From: Candidatus Hadarchaeales archaeon
Lineage (GTDB): Archaea; Hadarchaeota; Hadarchaeia; Hadarchaeales; Hadarchaeaceae
Reading direction: 5' to 3'
DNA: 16,463 nucleotides
NCBI GenBank assembly: GCA_038851565.1
Contig: JAWCKV010000021.1
Span: forward strand, 1-16,463
Below are positions 15,963 to 16,463 of the stretch, piece after piece (positions within the stretch are counted from its first letter, which is position 1; every line of letters begins with the position of its first letter). Both the position numbers and the translations under genes were made by a program. The notes beneath the pieces are model-generated. The model saw nothing but the letters and a program-made list of their open reading frames with translations. It was not told where the DNA came from and made no database searches.

Positions 15963-16463
15963 TTGGCGGGGAAAAGGGCTAGAGGGCTGAATTTTGGCGC
16001 GAAGCTCAGGGGCATGGAGGCCGCCATCACGTTTCAGGATGTCATCATGCTCCCCGGACTGGCGGAGGTGGAGCCCAGCGCGGTGGACATCAGGACCAGG
16101 GTTTCGAAAAACCACCGGCTGAACATACCGTTCGTCACCTCCCCGATGGACACCGTGACCGAGAGCGAGATGGCAATAGCGATGGCCAGGGAGGGGGGGC
16201 TTGGAGTGCTGCACAGAAACTGCTCTACGGATGAACAGGTGGAGATGGCAAAGAGGGTCAAGCGCGCCGAGGCGCTGATAATAAGGGATGTCGTCACGGT
16301 GACCCCCGATCAGACGGTTGCTGAAGCGCTGGAGCTCATGAGCGCTCACAACATATCCGGACTTCCGGTTGTGGACGGGGAAAAGCTGGTGGGGATACTG
16401 ACAGGAAGGGACGTTAGATTTGCCGATCCCTCCCTCAAGGTGAAGGCGCTGATGACGAGGGAC
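15963..16463 (+). CDS. guaB: IMP dehydrogenase, 5' part with first CBS domain (runs off the right edge; absent from the ORF track)
   Basis: Manual translation: MEAAITFQDVIMLPG...LNIPFVTSPMDTVTESEMAIAMAREGGLGVLHRN...QVEMAKRVKRAE...ISGLPVVD..KLVGILTGRDVRF. In-frame start candidates: ATG 15936, TTG 15963, CTG 15987, ATG 16014. Confidence 0.95.
   Translation, partial: MAGKRARGLNFGAKLRGMEAAITFQDVIMLPGLAEVEPSAVDIRTRVSKNHRLNIPFVTSPMDTVTESEMAIAMAREGGLGVLHRNCSTDEQVEMAKRVKRAEALIIRDVVTVTPDQTVAEALELMSAHNISGLPVVDGEKLVGILTGRDVRFADPSLKVKALMTRD

Noticed and set aside
208..16349. Many overlapping alternative-frame and antisense ORFs (e.g. 3642-4304, 10525-11247, 12522-13190, 13981-14616, 15843-16349)
   Set aside because: They overlap well-supported genes, show no recognisable motifs, and are the expected shadow ORFs of GC-rich coding DNA
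1..16463. CRISPR arrays, IS/transposases, integrases, tRNA/rRNA, defence systems
   Set aside because: No repeat-spacer periodicity, terminal repeats or relevant motifs were seen; nearly all sequence is accounted for by metabolic genes

Overview
Archaeal-type, densely coding housekeeping/metabolic window (TATA/BRE-like promoters, GGAGGTGA-type ribosome-binding sites, split GMP synthase, AbrB-PhoU regulator). It has three modules. (1) A minus-strand alpha-glucan/glycogen cluster: GalT-like nucleotidyltransferase, GT4 glycosyltransferase, archaeal glycogen debranching enzyme, GH57 amylase with a C-terminal extra domain, and the first codons of a second GT4 at the left edge. (2) A phosphate locus: an AbrB-PhoU regulator divergent from pstSCAB-phoU, followed by a PiT transporter and DUF47. 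(3) A purine-linked module: guaB (partial) divergent from GMP synthase subunit B, followed by the ACT-domain + DUF711 pair. I saw no mobile elements, CRISPR arrays or RNA genes. The most notable signal is apparent near-cognate initiation: phoU appears to start at ACG and the edge GT4 at CTG, each 4 nt after an SD motif, the same spacing as canonical starts in this window. All family calls are from motif recognition by eye, not database searches.
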